From Podarcis melisellensis (taxonomy: Eukaryota): a stretch of 64,000 bases of DNA. The translations under genes and the position numbers were made by a program. The stretch lies in assembly GCA_964234715.1 (NCBI GenBank), contig OZ174276.1, one strand, 5' to 3'. The notes below the pieces were generated by a model. It searched no databases and had not been told where the DNA came from. It saw only the letters and a list, made by a program, of their open reading frames with translations. Positions within the stretch are counted from its first letter, which is position 1, and each line of letters opens with the position of its first letter. Below, piece by piece: positions 52,521 to 64,000 of this stretch.

Positions 52521-53205
52521 TTTCTTACACCCCCCACCACACCACACCCCAGGTCCCAGGGCATCCAGGCAGGAGTAGGGGGCTGGGGAATGGACCCCCC
52601 CTCTCTCTCTTGACAGCTTTCCCCAGGGAAAGAGAGGAGAGGTTGCTGCTGAGGCTCCAAAGGGAAATTATAAAACGAGAGGCGCAAAGCTTCCAGCCTG
52701 GAAGACCTTCTAGGTGTTGGCTATTCATTCAGGGATGTGTAACAATAGCAAATGTCGCTTTCGACGACAATAATAATATTGCTGGTGCTCACCATCATTG
52801 CTTTTGAGCAGGGATAGGGAAACGGGTTGCTGCAAGTTCTGTCACTGGCAATGCAGGCTGGAGCTGAAATCCAGCAACATCTAGGGGACCGCAGTTGCCC
52901 CAGCCTGCTGTCATGGGAAGACCATAAGTTCCCGAGTGCTGCTTTGCAAGAAAGGTGACTGTTACGCAGGTATTCATGCAGGGGCTGGCAGAGGCAACAT
53001 ATGAACCTAGGCTCAGTTCTCATAGAGTGCGCAGAAGTAGGCCCTATCGCTAGCTTAAAATGCAGCCAGGTCGTTCTTTTTCTCAGTCCGGATCATAAGA
53101 ACATAAGAAAGGCTTGCTGGATCAGGCCTGCGGTCCATATGTAGTCTAGCATCCTGTTCTCACCATGGCCACCCAGACATGGGTGTAGCTAAGGAGGTGC
53201 AGAGA

Positions 53206-53538
53206 GGGACCCCTGACCATTAGGTCCAGTCGTGGCCGACTCTGGGGTTGTGGCGCTCATCTCGCTCTATAGGCCGAGGGAGCTGGCGTATAGCTTCCGG
53301 GTCATGTGGCCAGCATGACTAAGCCGCTTCTGGCAAACCAGAGCAGCGCACAGAAACTTCGTTTACCTTCCCACCGGAGTGGTACCTATTTATGTACTTG
53401 CACTGGCGTGCTTTCGAACTGCTAGGTTGGCAGGAGCTGGGACCGAACAACGGGAGCTCACCCCGTCGTGGAGATTCGAACCTTCTGATCGGCAAGTCCT
53501 AGGCTCTGTGGTTTAACCCACAGCACCACCCGCGTCCC
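53206..53538 (-). mobile_element. Sauria-type SINE
   Basis: Head, core and degraded tail in reverse orientation. Confidence 0.85.
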
Positions 53539-53721
53539 TGGTGCAGAGAGGAGCAGCCCCCAAATCAATAAAATACATAGCAAACTGAGGTTCTCCCCCC
53601 ACCATAAAAAGGCCTGCCCCTTCAACAAAAGGCCTGCACCCAAATGCCTGTGAAAACCTGCAAGCAGGACCTGAGCACAAAAACATATGTCCCTCCTGCA
53701 GTTTCCAACAACTGGTACTCA

Positions 53722-53814
53722 TACCAAGAACTAACTTAGTTGGTCTTTAAGGTGCTACTGGAAGGAATTTTTTTTGTTTTGACTATGGCAGACCAACACG
53801 GCTACCTATCTGTA
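53722..53814 (+). mobile_element. Penelope-like terminal fragment
   Basis: ttggtctttaaggtgctactgg...cagaccaacacggctacc motif; flanking repeat aactggtac. Confidence 0.55.
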
Positions 53815-53945
53815 ACTGGTACCCAGAAACGCTTCCGTGGCCACTGAGAGCCTGCTCTCCGTGAACTTACCTATTCCTCTTTTAAAGCCATCCAAATGGG
53901 TGGCCATCACTGCATTCTGTGGGTCCATACTTTCACTGTGCATTG

Positions 53946-54816
53946 TGTGATAGAAAAGTCCTGAAACCATTTTCTCTCTTCCAAAATGACCTCAAATATT
54001 TCTCTGCAATGGGAAATCTCCCCATTGTCTCTGTGCTCACAAATCCTGCCTTAAGAGCACATTTAAGGTGTGAATAGGGTGAACCTGTGATCTGTGACCT
54101 GGATTCAGGAATTAAGTAGTTATAATAACAAAGGAATGGCCAAAACCCAGATAATGCAATCAGGGAAATTGCAGACAGGAGATAAACAACACATTCAGGA
54201 GTCGGTTTTAGACTGCCCCCTGTGATGTATATATGATGTATTGGGGGAGGTGGTCCTGGAATACACCCCTTCTGTGATGTATTTATGATGTTTCTGGGGG
54301 TGGTCTGGAGTTTGAGGATGGGCAATTTAAAAAGTCTATATAAGGGCAGATCCTGAAGCTGAGGCTCCAATATTTTGGCCACCTCATGAGAAGAGAAGAC
54401 TCCCTGGTAAAGACCCTGATGCTGGGAAAGATGGAGGGCACAAGGACAAGGGGACGACAGAGGACGAGATGGTTGGGCAGTGTTCTCGAAGCTACCAGCA
54501 TGAGCTGGACCAAACTGCGGGAGGCAGTGGAAGACAGGAGTGCCTGGCATGCTCTGGTCCATGGGGTCACGAAGAGTCGGACATGTCTAAACAACAACAA
54601 CAATATAAGGGTGAGCACACCTTTGTTATGGGTCCGTCCTTCCCTCTGAGTGTGTGGGAGCACCCTGTTGCAACAGTTAACAAAGATCAGGCTTACTAGC
54701 TGCTTTGCTTCTCAATATTCTCAGGTTGGTCTCTGTTATTTTTCTCCTACGGATAGAGAACCTACAAAAGGACTCTATTCCCATAAGGGAAAAGGAGCAG
54801 TTTTTTTCTCATAACA
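53946..54816 (+). mobile_element. LTR-like element interrupted by BovB
   Basis: TGTGATAGAAAA start vs TTTTCTCATAACA end (imperfect inverted), tandem U3-like repeats, TATA box; no clean TSD. Confidence 0.5.
54347..54602 (+). mobile_element. RTE-BovB LINE 3' fragment
   Basis: ILKLRLQYFGHLMRREDSLVKTLMLGKMEG...VHGVTKSRT, (CAA)n tail, 9-bp TSD ATATAAGGG. Confidence 0.92.
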
Positions 54817-55789
54817 AAGGCAACCTTCTGGGTGGGGAAGGACATGCCAGTGGCAGGTTCAAAGGTGAAAAGTGAGTGGGGAAATGTAATTGACTGTTGC
54901 CTCTGTACAGTGGGCTACATTCCAGCCATGCAAAAGCTTCAAGTTTATACACCCATCTCCATGCAGCAGAAGCTCAGTGCACTGTCTGGGTAGGGAGGAA
55001 AGCCAGTGAGGAGTGTGATGTGGGGAGACCTTTGAGGGCTAGAGAGAGAGGCCTTGAGAGCCACATTCAGCCTCCAGGCCTGAAGTCCCTCACCCTTGGT
55101 GTGCAGGATTGTAGTTTTAAGTGCTGCTGCTTTTATTGCTATTGTTAAATAAAATACATGCAGTCAGGGGGAGTTAAGAGGAGGCAGGGAAGGTAAAACA
55201 TCAGCTTTTTCAAAATAATTTTAGAAGAATCCCTCATTTATTTCAACATAACATTGTTTTCTACCCTTTTGGTGATTAATGTTTTTTCATTCCAATATTG
55301 TATGTAATTATACCAGCATTCCAAAAAGCGTCTTTGAGTTCTGCTTCCTCCCTTAAATTTATTATAATTTTATTTTATATAACCCCCCCCCAAAGTAACC
55401 TATTTCTTTTCAGTTCCTCTTAACAAAGGAGATTGTCCTGTTCCCCCCCCCCCCAGTCGTTAACAGTTTACAAGCAGCGGCTAGCATCTCATTTCTGGAA
55501 CTTTAAATAGACAGCCCCTTCAACTAATCGAAAGGTTTGTAAAATCAGACTTCCACTATTCCCAACTTGAAAGCCTGTTTGAAAGTGGAAGTGCTGAAAA
55601 GATAGCAGAGACTAGGCCTGCCTATGAATCAGGAGAAGGGGATTCCAAAGGCTGCTGTGCAGCAACACTAAAGGCCTCATTCCCACATTTTGCAGGCTGG
55701 GCCTTCTGACAAGGCGCTTGCCTGCAGAGTGTAGTCAACCATTGGGTATATAATAATAATAATAATAATAATAGTAATAATAATAATTT

Positions 55790-56305
55790 TTATTTATACC
55801 CCGCCCTCCCCAGCCAAGACCGGGCTCAGGGTGGCTAACACCAGGTATATAAACGATTAAAATACAACTTAAAAACAACATTAAAATGCAACCTCATTTC
55901 AGTAGAAACTGAAATCAAAAACTTTTTGGGGATGAAAACGTCAAATCTTCACCAAGGCCAACTATCCGGACTGACCCTACGTGGGCCAGAAAAAAGCCAG
56001 GGAAGTCCCCAGATAGGAGCTCCATCACAGAAAGAGAAAGGAAAAAGTAAAGAGGGCAAGGGGATCAAGTTGATTCCAAGCCAAAGGCTAGGCGGAACAA
56101 CTCTGTCTTACAGGCCCTGTGGAAAGAAATCAGATCCTGCAGGGCCCTGGTCTCATGAGACAGAGCGTTCCACCAGGCTGGAGCCAGTGTTGAGAAGGCC
56201 ATGTCTCTGGTTGAGGCTAATCTGACTTCCTTAGGGTCCGGGACCTCTAGGGTGTTGCTATTTATGGACCTTAAGGTCCTCCGTGGGGCATACCAGGAGA
56301 GGCAG
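55790..56305 (-). mobile_element. L2-like LINE 3' fragment with (AAT)n tail at about 55750-55785
   Basis: AFSTLAPAWWNALSHETRALQDLISFHRACKTELF. Confidence 0.72.
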
Positions 56306-56486
56306 TGAGCTGACCTTTCACTACTATTCAATCCCTGTCAACATGAAATGGCAATTAAGAGCTTTTAAGGGGCCAATTTAAAGGCATTAAACTATCCCAG
56401 GCCCATAAAAAAACAGGAACACGTATTCCTTAAAAAATAAAAAACAGATTCTGATTTTAAAACCCAAGGAAGCGCCGAAAGTAAAA

Positions 56487-56505
56487 TGGCCGAGAGGTGG
56501 CGCTG
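56487..56505 (+). promoter_or_regulatory. CTCF-like motif overlapping a YY1-like AAAATGGC core
   Basis: TGGCCGAGAGGTGGCGCTG in non-repeat sequence. Confidence 0.5.
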
Positions 56506-57714
56506 TGACATCAGCTAACCCTGGGTGCATTTGCTGCTAGGGCCCCAAGCGGGAGAGGGCCTCCCCGAGATGGAAAAGGTAGCAGATGTACCTCTGTTGC
56601 CAGCTGCCAGCTTTTCATTATACTCTTGTCTTTCTCTAGAGAGAGACCGCAAGCCAAAGGAGCTGCACATCTGAGATTTAAAACAGCAACTTCAAAAGAA
56701 ACAACCCTTTGACACAAGTGATGTAATGAGGGTGGAAGATTATTCCTCTGAGATGCAGGATGCAATAAACAAAATAAAAATAAAAATTGGTAGCCAGGAA
56801 GCACAGGATCTTTCTCTGCCTGCCTCAAGCTGTTGAGTGAACAAAATCCAGGGGATAAAGAAAATGTGAATAATCATGGAATCTGGAAGGAGCTTAGCAT
56901 CAAAGTCCACTGAGCTCAGGGCTTGCTCTCATCACCACTGAGGCTGATGAAACCAGCTAACCCTCAGGCGTTAGTCCCTAGTATCTTGAAATCAGAGGCA
57001 GCTTACCTCTGATACTCCATTTCTGGTGCTGTATATAGTGGTATTGGTGTCTATTCACTTGCCAGATTACGCGAGGATAGGTCCCTGCCCTGAGGAGCTT
57101 GCAGTCTAAAAACCGACACAGGAGAAACAATATTATTCTCATGGGTAGTGGTCATCGATAGACCTGTCCTTTATAGAATCATGGTGTTGGATGAGGCCTT
57201 GTCATTCAGCCTTGCTGCTTCAGTGCGGGACATGAACGTACCTACTCTTTTCTAAAGCCACTTCTGTTAGAGGGTATTCTAAATATTTTGGGCTCATTTA
57301 GTCCAAACTACCTGTATCGGGTAAGAACTGTAGTTTATGCAAAATATGCAGGGATTTATGATATGCAAAATGAACCATGGAAAGAGAAGAAGGGAAGTCA
57401 CTGATATTTTAAGGATGTTTAGAGGAGTATTCTAAATTATAAAACAAAAAAATTAATTAAAATGATAAAGAACTGTCTCCAGCCAAAACATGGCTAAACC
57501 AAGCAGAACACACCCTGCAAAGTCCCACCAAAATATTTAAAGGTCAGGCAATCAACACGCCACAAAGAAACTAACCAATAAAAAAATCACTAGGAAGAAA
57601 CCCAGTTTTGTTCCTTTATGTCTTTTGTACACTTTTATACAAATCCATATAATTCATATAAATTCATGAGCTGTCTACTGTCCAATAAATAATTTCTGTT
57701 TGCTTGGGCTGCTT

Positions 57715-58170
57715 CCAGAATGCGGCAGCTAGAGTGGTGACTGGGAGTGGCCGCCAAGACCATATAATTGGATCTTCATTGGCTCCCAGTACGTTTTCGA
57801 GCACAATTCAAAGTGTTGGTGCTAACCTTTAAAGCTCTAAACAGCCTCGGTCCAGTATACCTGAAGTCCAGTATACCTGAAAGAGCATCTCCACCCCCAT
57901 CATCCAGCACTGAGGTCCAGTGCCGAGGGCCTTCTTCTGGCGGTTCCCTCGCTGTGAGAACCCAAGTTACAGGGAACCAGGCAGAGGGCCTTCTCGGTAG
58001 TGGCACCTGCCCAGAAGATGTCAAGGCAATAAACAACTATTTTACTTTTAAAAGACAACTGAAGGCGGCCCTGCTAATGTCTGATGCTGTATTGTTTTTA
58101 ATATTTGGTTGGAAGCCACCCAGAGTAGCTGGGGAAACCCAGCAGGATGGGCAGGGTATAAAAAATAAAT
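57715..58170 (+). mobile_element. L2-like LINE 3' fragment
   Basis: LHWLPVRFRAQFKVLVLTFKALNSLGPVYL. Confidence 0.78.
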
Positions 58171-58318
58171 AAATAAATTAAATAAATAACAATAGTAAAT
58201 TACTGATATTGACACGAGGCATCTTTGGCCTTAGGAGAAACTTTATATTTTGTTTACATTTCAGCAGCGCGTAACAGAACCACGGGACCTGCTCCCACAG
58301 GAGGCAGTGACTAAGAGA

Positions 58319-58661
58319 GGGACGCAGGTGGCACTGTGGGTTAAACCACAGAGCCTAGGACTTGCCGATCAGAAGGTCGGTGGTTCGAATCCCCGCGACG
58401 GGGTGAGCTCCCGCTGCTCTGTCCCTGCTTCTGCCGACCTAGCAGTTCGAAAGCACGTCAAAGTGCAAGTACCGCTCTGGCGGGAAGGTAAACGGTGTTT
58501 CCGTGCGCTGCTCTGGTTCACCAGAAGCAGCTTAGTCATGCTGGCCACATGACCCGGAAGCTGTACGCCGGCTCCCTTGGCCAGTAAAGTGAGATGAGCT
58601 CCACAACCCCAGAGTCGGCCATGACTGGACCTAATGGTCGGGGGAGGGTCCCCTTTACCTT
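58319..58661 (+). mobile_element. Sauria-type SINE
   Basis: Head, core and tail; flanking repeat TAAGAGA(GG). Confidence 0.87.
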
Positions 58662-59003
58662 TAAGAGAGGAATGGACAAATTCGAGGGCGGGGTGTGGGA
58701 AGCTATCAATGGCTATTGCCGTGATGACTATGCTCTACCTCATTGGTCTTGGGCTGCAATGCTTCTGAATGCCAGTTGCTGGAAACCACAGGACGGGAAA
58801 GGGCTCTTGTGCTTGGGTCCTGTGGGTTTCCTACAGGGGCCTGGGTGACCACTGTGACAACAGGATGCTGTGCTAAGATGGGCCATTGGCCCGATCAAGC
58901 AGCCTCTTATTTTGTTTGCAGCAGAGTCTATTGTTGTTTCCTGACAGTGTGTTAATTGGGGATCTCATAATGGGTGGTGATTTCATGTTTTGTATACATG
59001 TGG

Positions 59004-59341
59004 AGAGTCCCATGGACTGCAAGAAGATCAAACCTCTCCACTCTGAAGGAAATCAGCCCTGAGTGCTCACTGGAAGGACAGATCCTGAAGCTGAGGCTCC
59101 AATACTTTGGCCACCTCATGAGAAGAGAAGACTCCCTGGAAAAGACCCTGATGCTGGGAAAGATGGAGGGCACAAGGAGAAGGGGGCGACAGAGGACGAG
59201 ATGGTTGGATAGTGTTTTCGAGGTTACCAGCATGAGTTTGACCAAACTGCGGGAGGCAGTGGAGGACAGAGGTGCCTGGCGTTCTCTGGTCCATGGGGTC
59301 ACGAAGAGTCAGACACGACTAAACGACTAAACAACAACAAC
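59004..59341 (+). mobile_element. RTE-BovB LINE 3' fragment
   Basis: RVPWTARRSNLSTLKEISPECSLEGQILKLRLQYFGHLMRR...GVTKSQTRLND, (CAA)n tail, 10-bp TSD ATACATGTGG. Confidence 0.93.
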
Positions 59342-60271
59342 ATACATGTGGGGGGGGGGAGCGGGCTCCAGGTTCAGTGATTGGCATTCCTCTGTCTGAA
59401 ATCTCGGAGACCTGGAGCCAAACCACGTAGGTAATTGCTGGACCAATGGTGGCCTGACTCAGAATAAAGCAGCTTCCTATGTTCCTAAGAAAAAAATAAG
59501 TAATAAAATCTTGTATCGTCACTCAAGTGCTGAAAAAAAATTAAATTATCTTCCTATTTCCATGTCAGCAAAAGTAGGAAAAACAACCTGATCTTCATTT
59601 GAGCTGCCTAGTCTTGGAACCTGCTGTTACATCAGGGGCCTCTTAGTGAGTCAATTACTCCCATTAATCACAGAACCTTAAGGAAAGAATCTATAATTAT
59701 TACATGATGTTTTTTAATAAAGCCATGGTGGAGGCTGTGAGCTGAGGCAAGCTGTTTATTTACCATTTCGAGCATATCTTGACCCAAAGGCTGAGGACTT
59801 GAGATTGGTCATTGAAAATACTCTTCAGAGGGGAGTATTTCGCTTGAGAAAGGGGTGGCTCTCTCCCCCTAGAGTTCGTCTTCAATGGTCAATTCATTCA
59901 ATGCTTACGCCACCATTATGTAGGAACATAAGAACAGCCCTGCTGGATCAGAGCAAAAGGCCCATCTACTCCAGTTTCCTGTTTCTTCAGAGCTCAGCCA
60001 GATGGCTTCAGGGAGCTAGCAAGCAAGCAGGAAGCCCACGTTGTTTTGTCACTCTTGATGTTGCTGTAGGACTGTTTTTGCTTCTGGGATCTGTTCTTAG
60101 GAATGATCATGGTTAAAGAACAACGTCCACGGAACAGGGCCATCCTGAGAATCTGAAATGTGAGTTGTCCTGCTGTGTCACAGGAAGCCTAAAACCATAT
60201 TTGCCTGGTGTGGCATAGTCCAGGTTCACATATAAACCCATAGCTAAGATCAAGTCAGCCAACAACAAGCT

Positions 60272-60420
60272 TCTGGGATAGCTCAATTGGTAGAGCTTGA
60301 GACTCTTGGATTCCAGGGTTGTGAGTTCAAACCCATGCTGGGGAAAATTTTTTTTGCATTGCAAGGGGTGGATTAAATGATCTTAGTGGTCCCTCCAAAT
60401 CTACATTTCTTTGATTCTTA
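60272..60420 (+). mobile_element. tRNA-derived SINE with CR1-like tail
   Basis: GATAGCTCAATTGGTAGAGC A-box and GAGTTCAAACCC B-box, degenerate; similar copy at about 46000-46120 (-). Confidence 0.6.
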
Positions 60421-60710
60421 TTTTCCTTAACAAACTATATTTAATAAACCATAGTTGAGGTACTCTCCTGGATTCACATGTAAGACTAACTCACTCACTA
60501 AGGTTGATTTAAACCAGGTCGTAGTTGCTAAGAGGTGAGGCCCAGTCAACCTAGATTAGACAACAAGCCGACCACCAGCCTATGTGTGTATAGCTGTGCA
60601 CCCCTGTTTATTTACGTATGCGAAGATTTAGGAGATGTTGCCGATTATTTATTACAAATATACTAATAGCACAATCCTATGAAGGCCTACTCAGAAGTTA
60701 GTCCTATTTA

Positions 60711-61445
60711 CCGTATTTTTCGTTCTATAACACACACCCGACCATAACACGCACATAGTTTTTAGAGGAGGAAAACAAGAAAAAAAAATATTCTAAACGA
60801 AACAGCGGATGTATGATTTTTGTGGTTCATGCTGTAACCACAGACATGTGATCTGACGGTGAGTTTGGGGTAGCCCAATGCAAAAATCCTGAAGATCCAT
60901 GTGGATCCATGCTTTGTAACTACGTTTTTGCACCACTGCACCCCCAGGCAACAGTGGGTGCGTGATTTTTTTGGTGCAAGTTGTAGCCATGGACATGCTA
61001 TGTGATCTGATGGTGAATTTGGGGTGACCCAGTGCAAAAATCCTGAGGATCCATGTGGATCCGTGCTTTGTAACCATGTTTTAAGTGGGGAGGGAAGGAA
61101 AAGCACTCAAGGGACAAGGAACACGCGTGGGGTGGGTGGAGAAGGATGCTGTTAATAATGCAGAAGAGGGGTATAAGAGGAGAAGGCTCCTCTCCTCTCC
61201 CGCTTTGCTCCTTTAAAGCAAGCAGGCTCTCTGTCCCTCTCTCCTCCCCACTCAGTGGCTCTTCTCCCGCTTTGCTGTTTCAAAGTAAGCCACGGAGGAG
61301 GGAAGGAAGGGGAACCATGGATCCTCTGCTTACGACTGCAGCGGATCCCCCCGCCACCCGTAGGCATTCGCTCCACAACACACACAGACATTTCCCCTGA
61401 CTTTCTAGGAGGAAAAAAGTGAGTGTTATGGTGCAAAAAATACGG
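60711..61445. mobile_element. Mariner/pogo-like non-autonomous element with an internal duplication
   Basis: TA|CCGTATTTTT...AAAAAATACGG|TA. Confidence 0.82.
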
Positions 61446-62424
61446 TAGTTAAAGGCTACTTGCTCCAAGGTGAATGTGTAGGATTGCCGCCTAAAGGCTG
61501 TCCTGAATTTCCACCATGGCTAGGGTCAAAAAAGAGCAGAGAAACAAACTTATTTTGTTGGGAAATCCAGGAATGTAGACAAACTCAGGACTGACCTGGG
61601 AGAAATGTATGAACACTCTTTCTTCTTGGGTATCTCTTTAAGGAACACTTTTCTAGGCAGCTGTAGCTAGGCAGATCTAGAAATTACTTGTTAGTTCCTA
61701 AAAGCAGCCTTGCTGACCATTCTTAACATTTGTGTTTCTGCGTTTGGCCACTTCCTATATTCGCCCAGAGGTCTTCATTTTCTGCTTACACCAGTTGCCA
61801 TGGAACCAAGGTACCTTCGTCACAATGACGCTAAGGCGGAATGTCCTGTTTCTAACTGAAAGTGGCCATTTTGGTGGTGGTGGTGACTAATGCCAGGCAA
61901 ATGTAGGATCAGACTGTCTTTCTCTATGTGAATCATCCTCCTTCCCCACAAACTGAGGTTTTTCTAGAACAAGAAGAGACAGCTCTTTGTCACTCTAGCC
62001 TGTTCATAGCTCCTATTTATAGTAATTAGAACATAAGATGCTGTCTTTTACAGTCAGGCCATTGGGTCAACCTAGGGTGGGAGCCCCAAGCCCATGGGCC
62101 AAATTTGGCCCAGCATGGGTCCCAGTTTGGCCATTTACTCCAAACTATGCCCACCAGGCTGGTTTTCGGGTGTTTGGGATGCACAGCACAAAGGAAGCTG
62201 TCGTCTGTGATTGCACAACGGCCATCTCAACTTTCACACTTTGAGGAAGCCCAAAGTAAGCGGGGCTTAAATTTTCCAGCTGGATTGAAGCTGGTCTGAC
62301 GGGAAAACACACACATCCGACCACAGTATTTGTCCAGAAAGTGCAGGAGCTATGTGGACTGTGGCAAACACCATGTGAATGTGGCTTGAAAAACAAGCCG
62401 TGGCAGCACACTGGGTGTGGGGTC

Positions 62425-62688
62425 TGTTATGTACTGAAGTCCTCATCCTGGGCCAGCAGGGGGATACTGTAGATAGTTTTCACTCAGGTCCACATATGCA
62501 AATAAGGGATCGAAAGTGACATTCAGTGATTGGATAGTTACAGAAAGTGGTCACTGTTGCTTTGTAGTTGAGCTCTATATAAACAGGCTGGCTGAACCCT
62601 TCAGTTCAGTTCTGTTCTGGCCTGTGAATAAACAAGAGCTGTTTGAAGAATCGCTGTGCCGTCTGATATGTTCACCCACAACTTAACA
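62425..62688 (+). mobile_element. Intact solo LTR (264 bp)
   Basis: TGTTA...TAACA termini, perfect 5-bp TSD GGGTC, TATATAAA at about 62576, AATAAA at about 62627. Confidence 0.9.
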
Positions 62689-63447
62689 GGGTCAGTGGTA
62701 GTGTGAACGCACCCTTGGTTGGCAGTGCCTGTCATTGGCTCTGCGGTGCCCCCTGCTGTTGGCCTCCTTGCTTTCCGCCCTATCAGATCACCTGCCATCA
62801 TTGCTTCCTACGCAGTTAAGAGTTTGCACACCGCCAAGGCCGTTTGCTAAGCATACTGTCTGTCTGCCACGAGAAACTGCCCAGCAATCGAGCCCCTCTC
62901 CTAGTTACCTGCACCTTCTTGGCCAAAGACAAAAGGTGGACCCCCAGCCAGGGATGCAGGAGGAGCGGGGGGTGATGGCGATGATGGGAAGCCTTTGAAG
63001 GGTGGCCCTCCTGCTGCATCAGATGAGCGGAGGCATCCTGCCAGCTTCTGCTGTTCCATGTTTTATTCAGGCAGGCTCAGCCCTGGGCTGCGCTTTCGCT
63101 TCCTGAGAGCAGAGATAAAGTAGGCCAAACGCCCTGCCGCGGGAATACTCCCTTCCCTTCCCATCTGCTTGCTGGCTTCAAACAATTGAACCTCACCAGG
63201 CTGGGCTGCTGTGCACTGAAATATCCCTCCTGGATAGTCTGCAGAGGGAGTCTTAGGGAGCTGGAGAATTGCTGCATCGGTGGAAAGAAGCTCCTAGCTT
63301 ATAGGCTTACAATATCAGGGTTTCCCCATCTGTCAGGGAAATGAAAGATTTGTCCTAAAACTTAGGTCAGAGCCACACCAAACATTTCAAGCACATGGGA
63401 TCCCCACCCCCACCAAGGAATCCTAGGAACTGAGGTTTGTTAAGGGT

Positions 63448-63690
63448 GCCAGTGTGGTGTAGTGGTTAAGAGCGGTAGTCTTGTAATCTGGGGAACCGGG
63501 TTCGCGTCTCCGCTCCTCCACATGCAGCTGCTGGGTGACCTTGGGCCAGTCACACTTCTTTGAAGTCTCTCAGCCTCACTCACCTCACAGAGTGTTTGTT
63601 GTGGGGGAAGAAGGGAAAGGAGAATGTTAGCCGCTTTGAGACTCCTTAAAAAGGAGTGAAAGGTGGGCTATCAAATCCAAACTCTTCTTC
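63448..63690 (+). mobile_element. Squam3-like SINE
   Basis: GCCAGTGTGGTGTAGTGGTTAAGAGCGG head, CTCTTCTTC tail. Confidence 0.82.
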
Positions 63691-64000
63691 TGCTGGAAAT
63701 TGTAGCACTGCCGAGGGGCAAACTATAGTTCCCAATGTTGTTTGTGTGTGAAAGCCACATGCGTTTCATGTGCTTTCATGGTATGGTGTGTATAATCTTT
63801 AGTCTGCAAAAGAAGAACCCAGCAGTGTTCAGTTGCTGTTCTCGAGGTGCCATTGAGCAAATGGGATATTTGGCCTGGGCTCTGGCCATGGAAGAAGATT
63901 CTGTTTCAAAGGGCTTGGAAATGCAGGTGCCTGTATGGCTAGAAAACCCCCAGCAGTGCAGGAATCACAGCTAACGAATCCCTGACAGATGGCCACCCAA

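Noticed and set aside
51489-52613. 374-aa + strand ORF and overlapping ORFs
   Set aside because: Low-complexity Pro/Gly/Arg translation of the BRPF1 CpG island, open in several frames.
53933-54663. 209-aa and 126-aa - strand ORFs
   Set aside because: Antisense translation of the BovB fragment and flanking LTR-like DNA.
60840-61080. Direct repeats resembling an array
   Set aside because: Two-copy internal duplication inside a mariner-type element; not CRISPR-like, and the context is eukaryotic.

Overview
Vertebrate genomic DNA, almost certainly a squamate reptile and probably a lacertid lizard, judged from the Sauria-type and Squam3-like SINEs, BovB fragments and squamate-style hAT/Tc1-mariner MITEs. 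It carries the conserved gene block known from human 3p25.3. On the + strand is the 3' part of CAMK1 (5 clear exons plus a probable last exon). On the - strand are a complete 7-exon OGG1 (383 or 434 aa depending on the start codon) and a complete BRPF1 (13 coding exons, 1216 or 1222 aa, with a non-coding first exon in a CpG island near 52 kb). The exon chains were built by hand, have GT-AG boundaries and keep phase; exon numbers follow the human genes as I recall them. Introns and the last 11 kb are dense with transposon relics, many with readable target-site duplications (TSDs) and several nested. I found no convincing wholly new gene system. The best leads are isoform and regulatory features. 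OGG1 has a weak-Kozak Arg-rich N-terminal extension, an NLS-like motif in an exon-2 insertion in place of the human C-terminal NLS, and a possible alternative C-terminal exon. BRPF1 keeps the bromodomain 18-nt alternative donor and has a candidate 12/15-nt uORF-creating microexon in its 5' UTR. Near 62-63 kb are an orphan promoter-like motif cluster, an intact solo LTR and an orphan Kozak-ATG exon.
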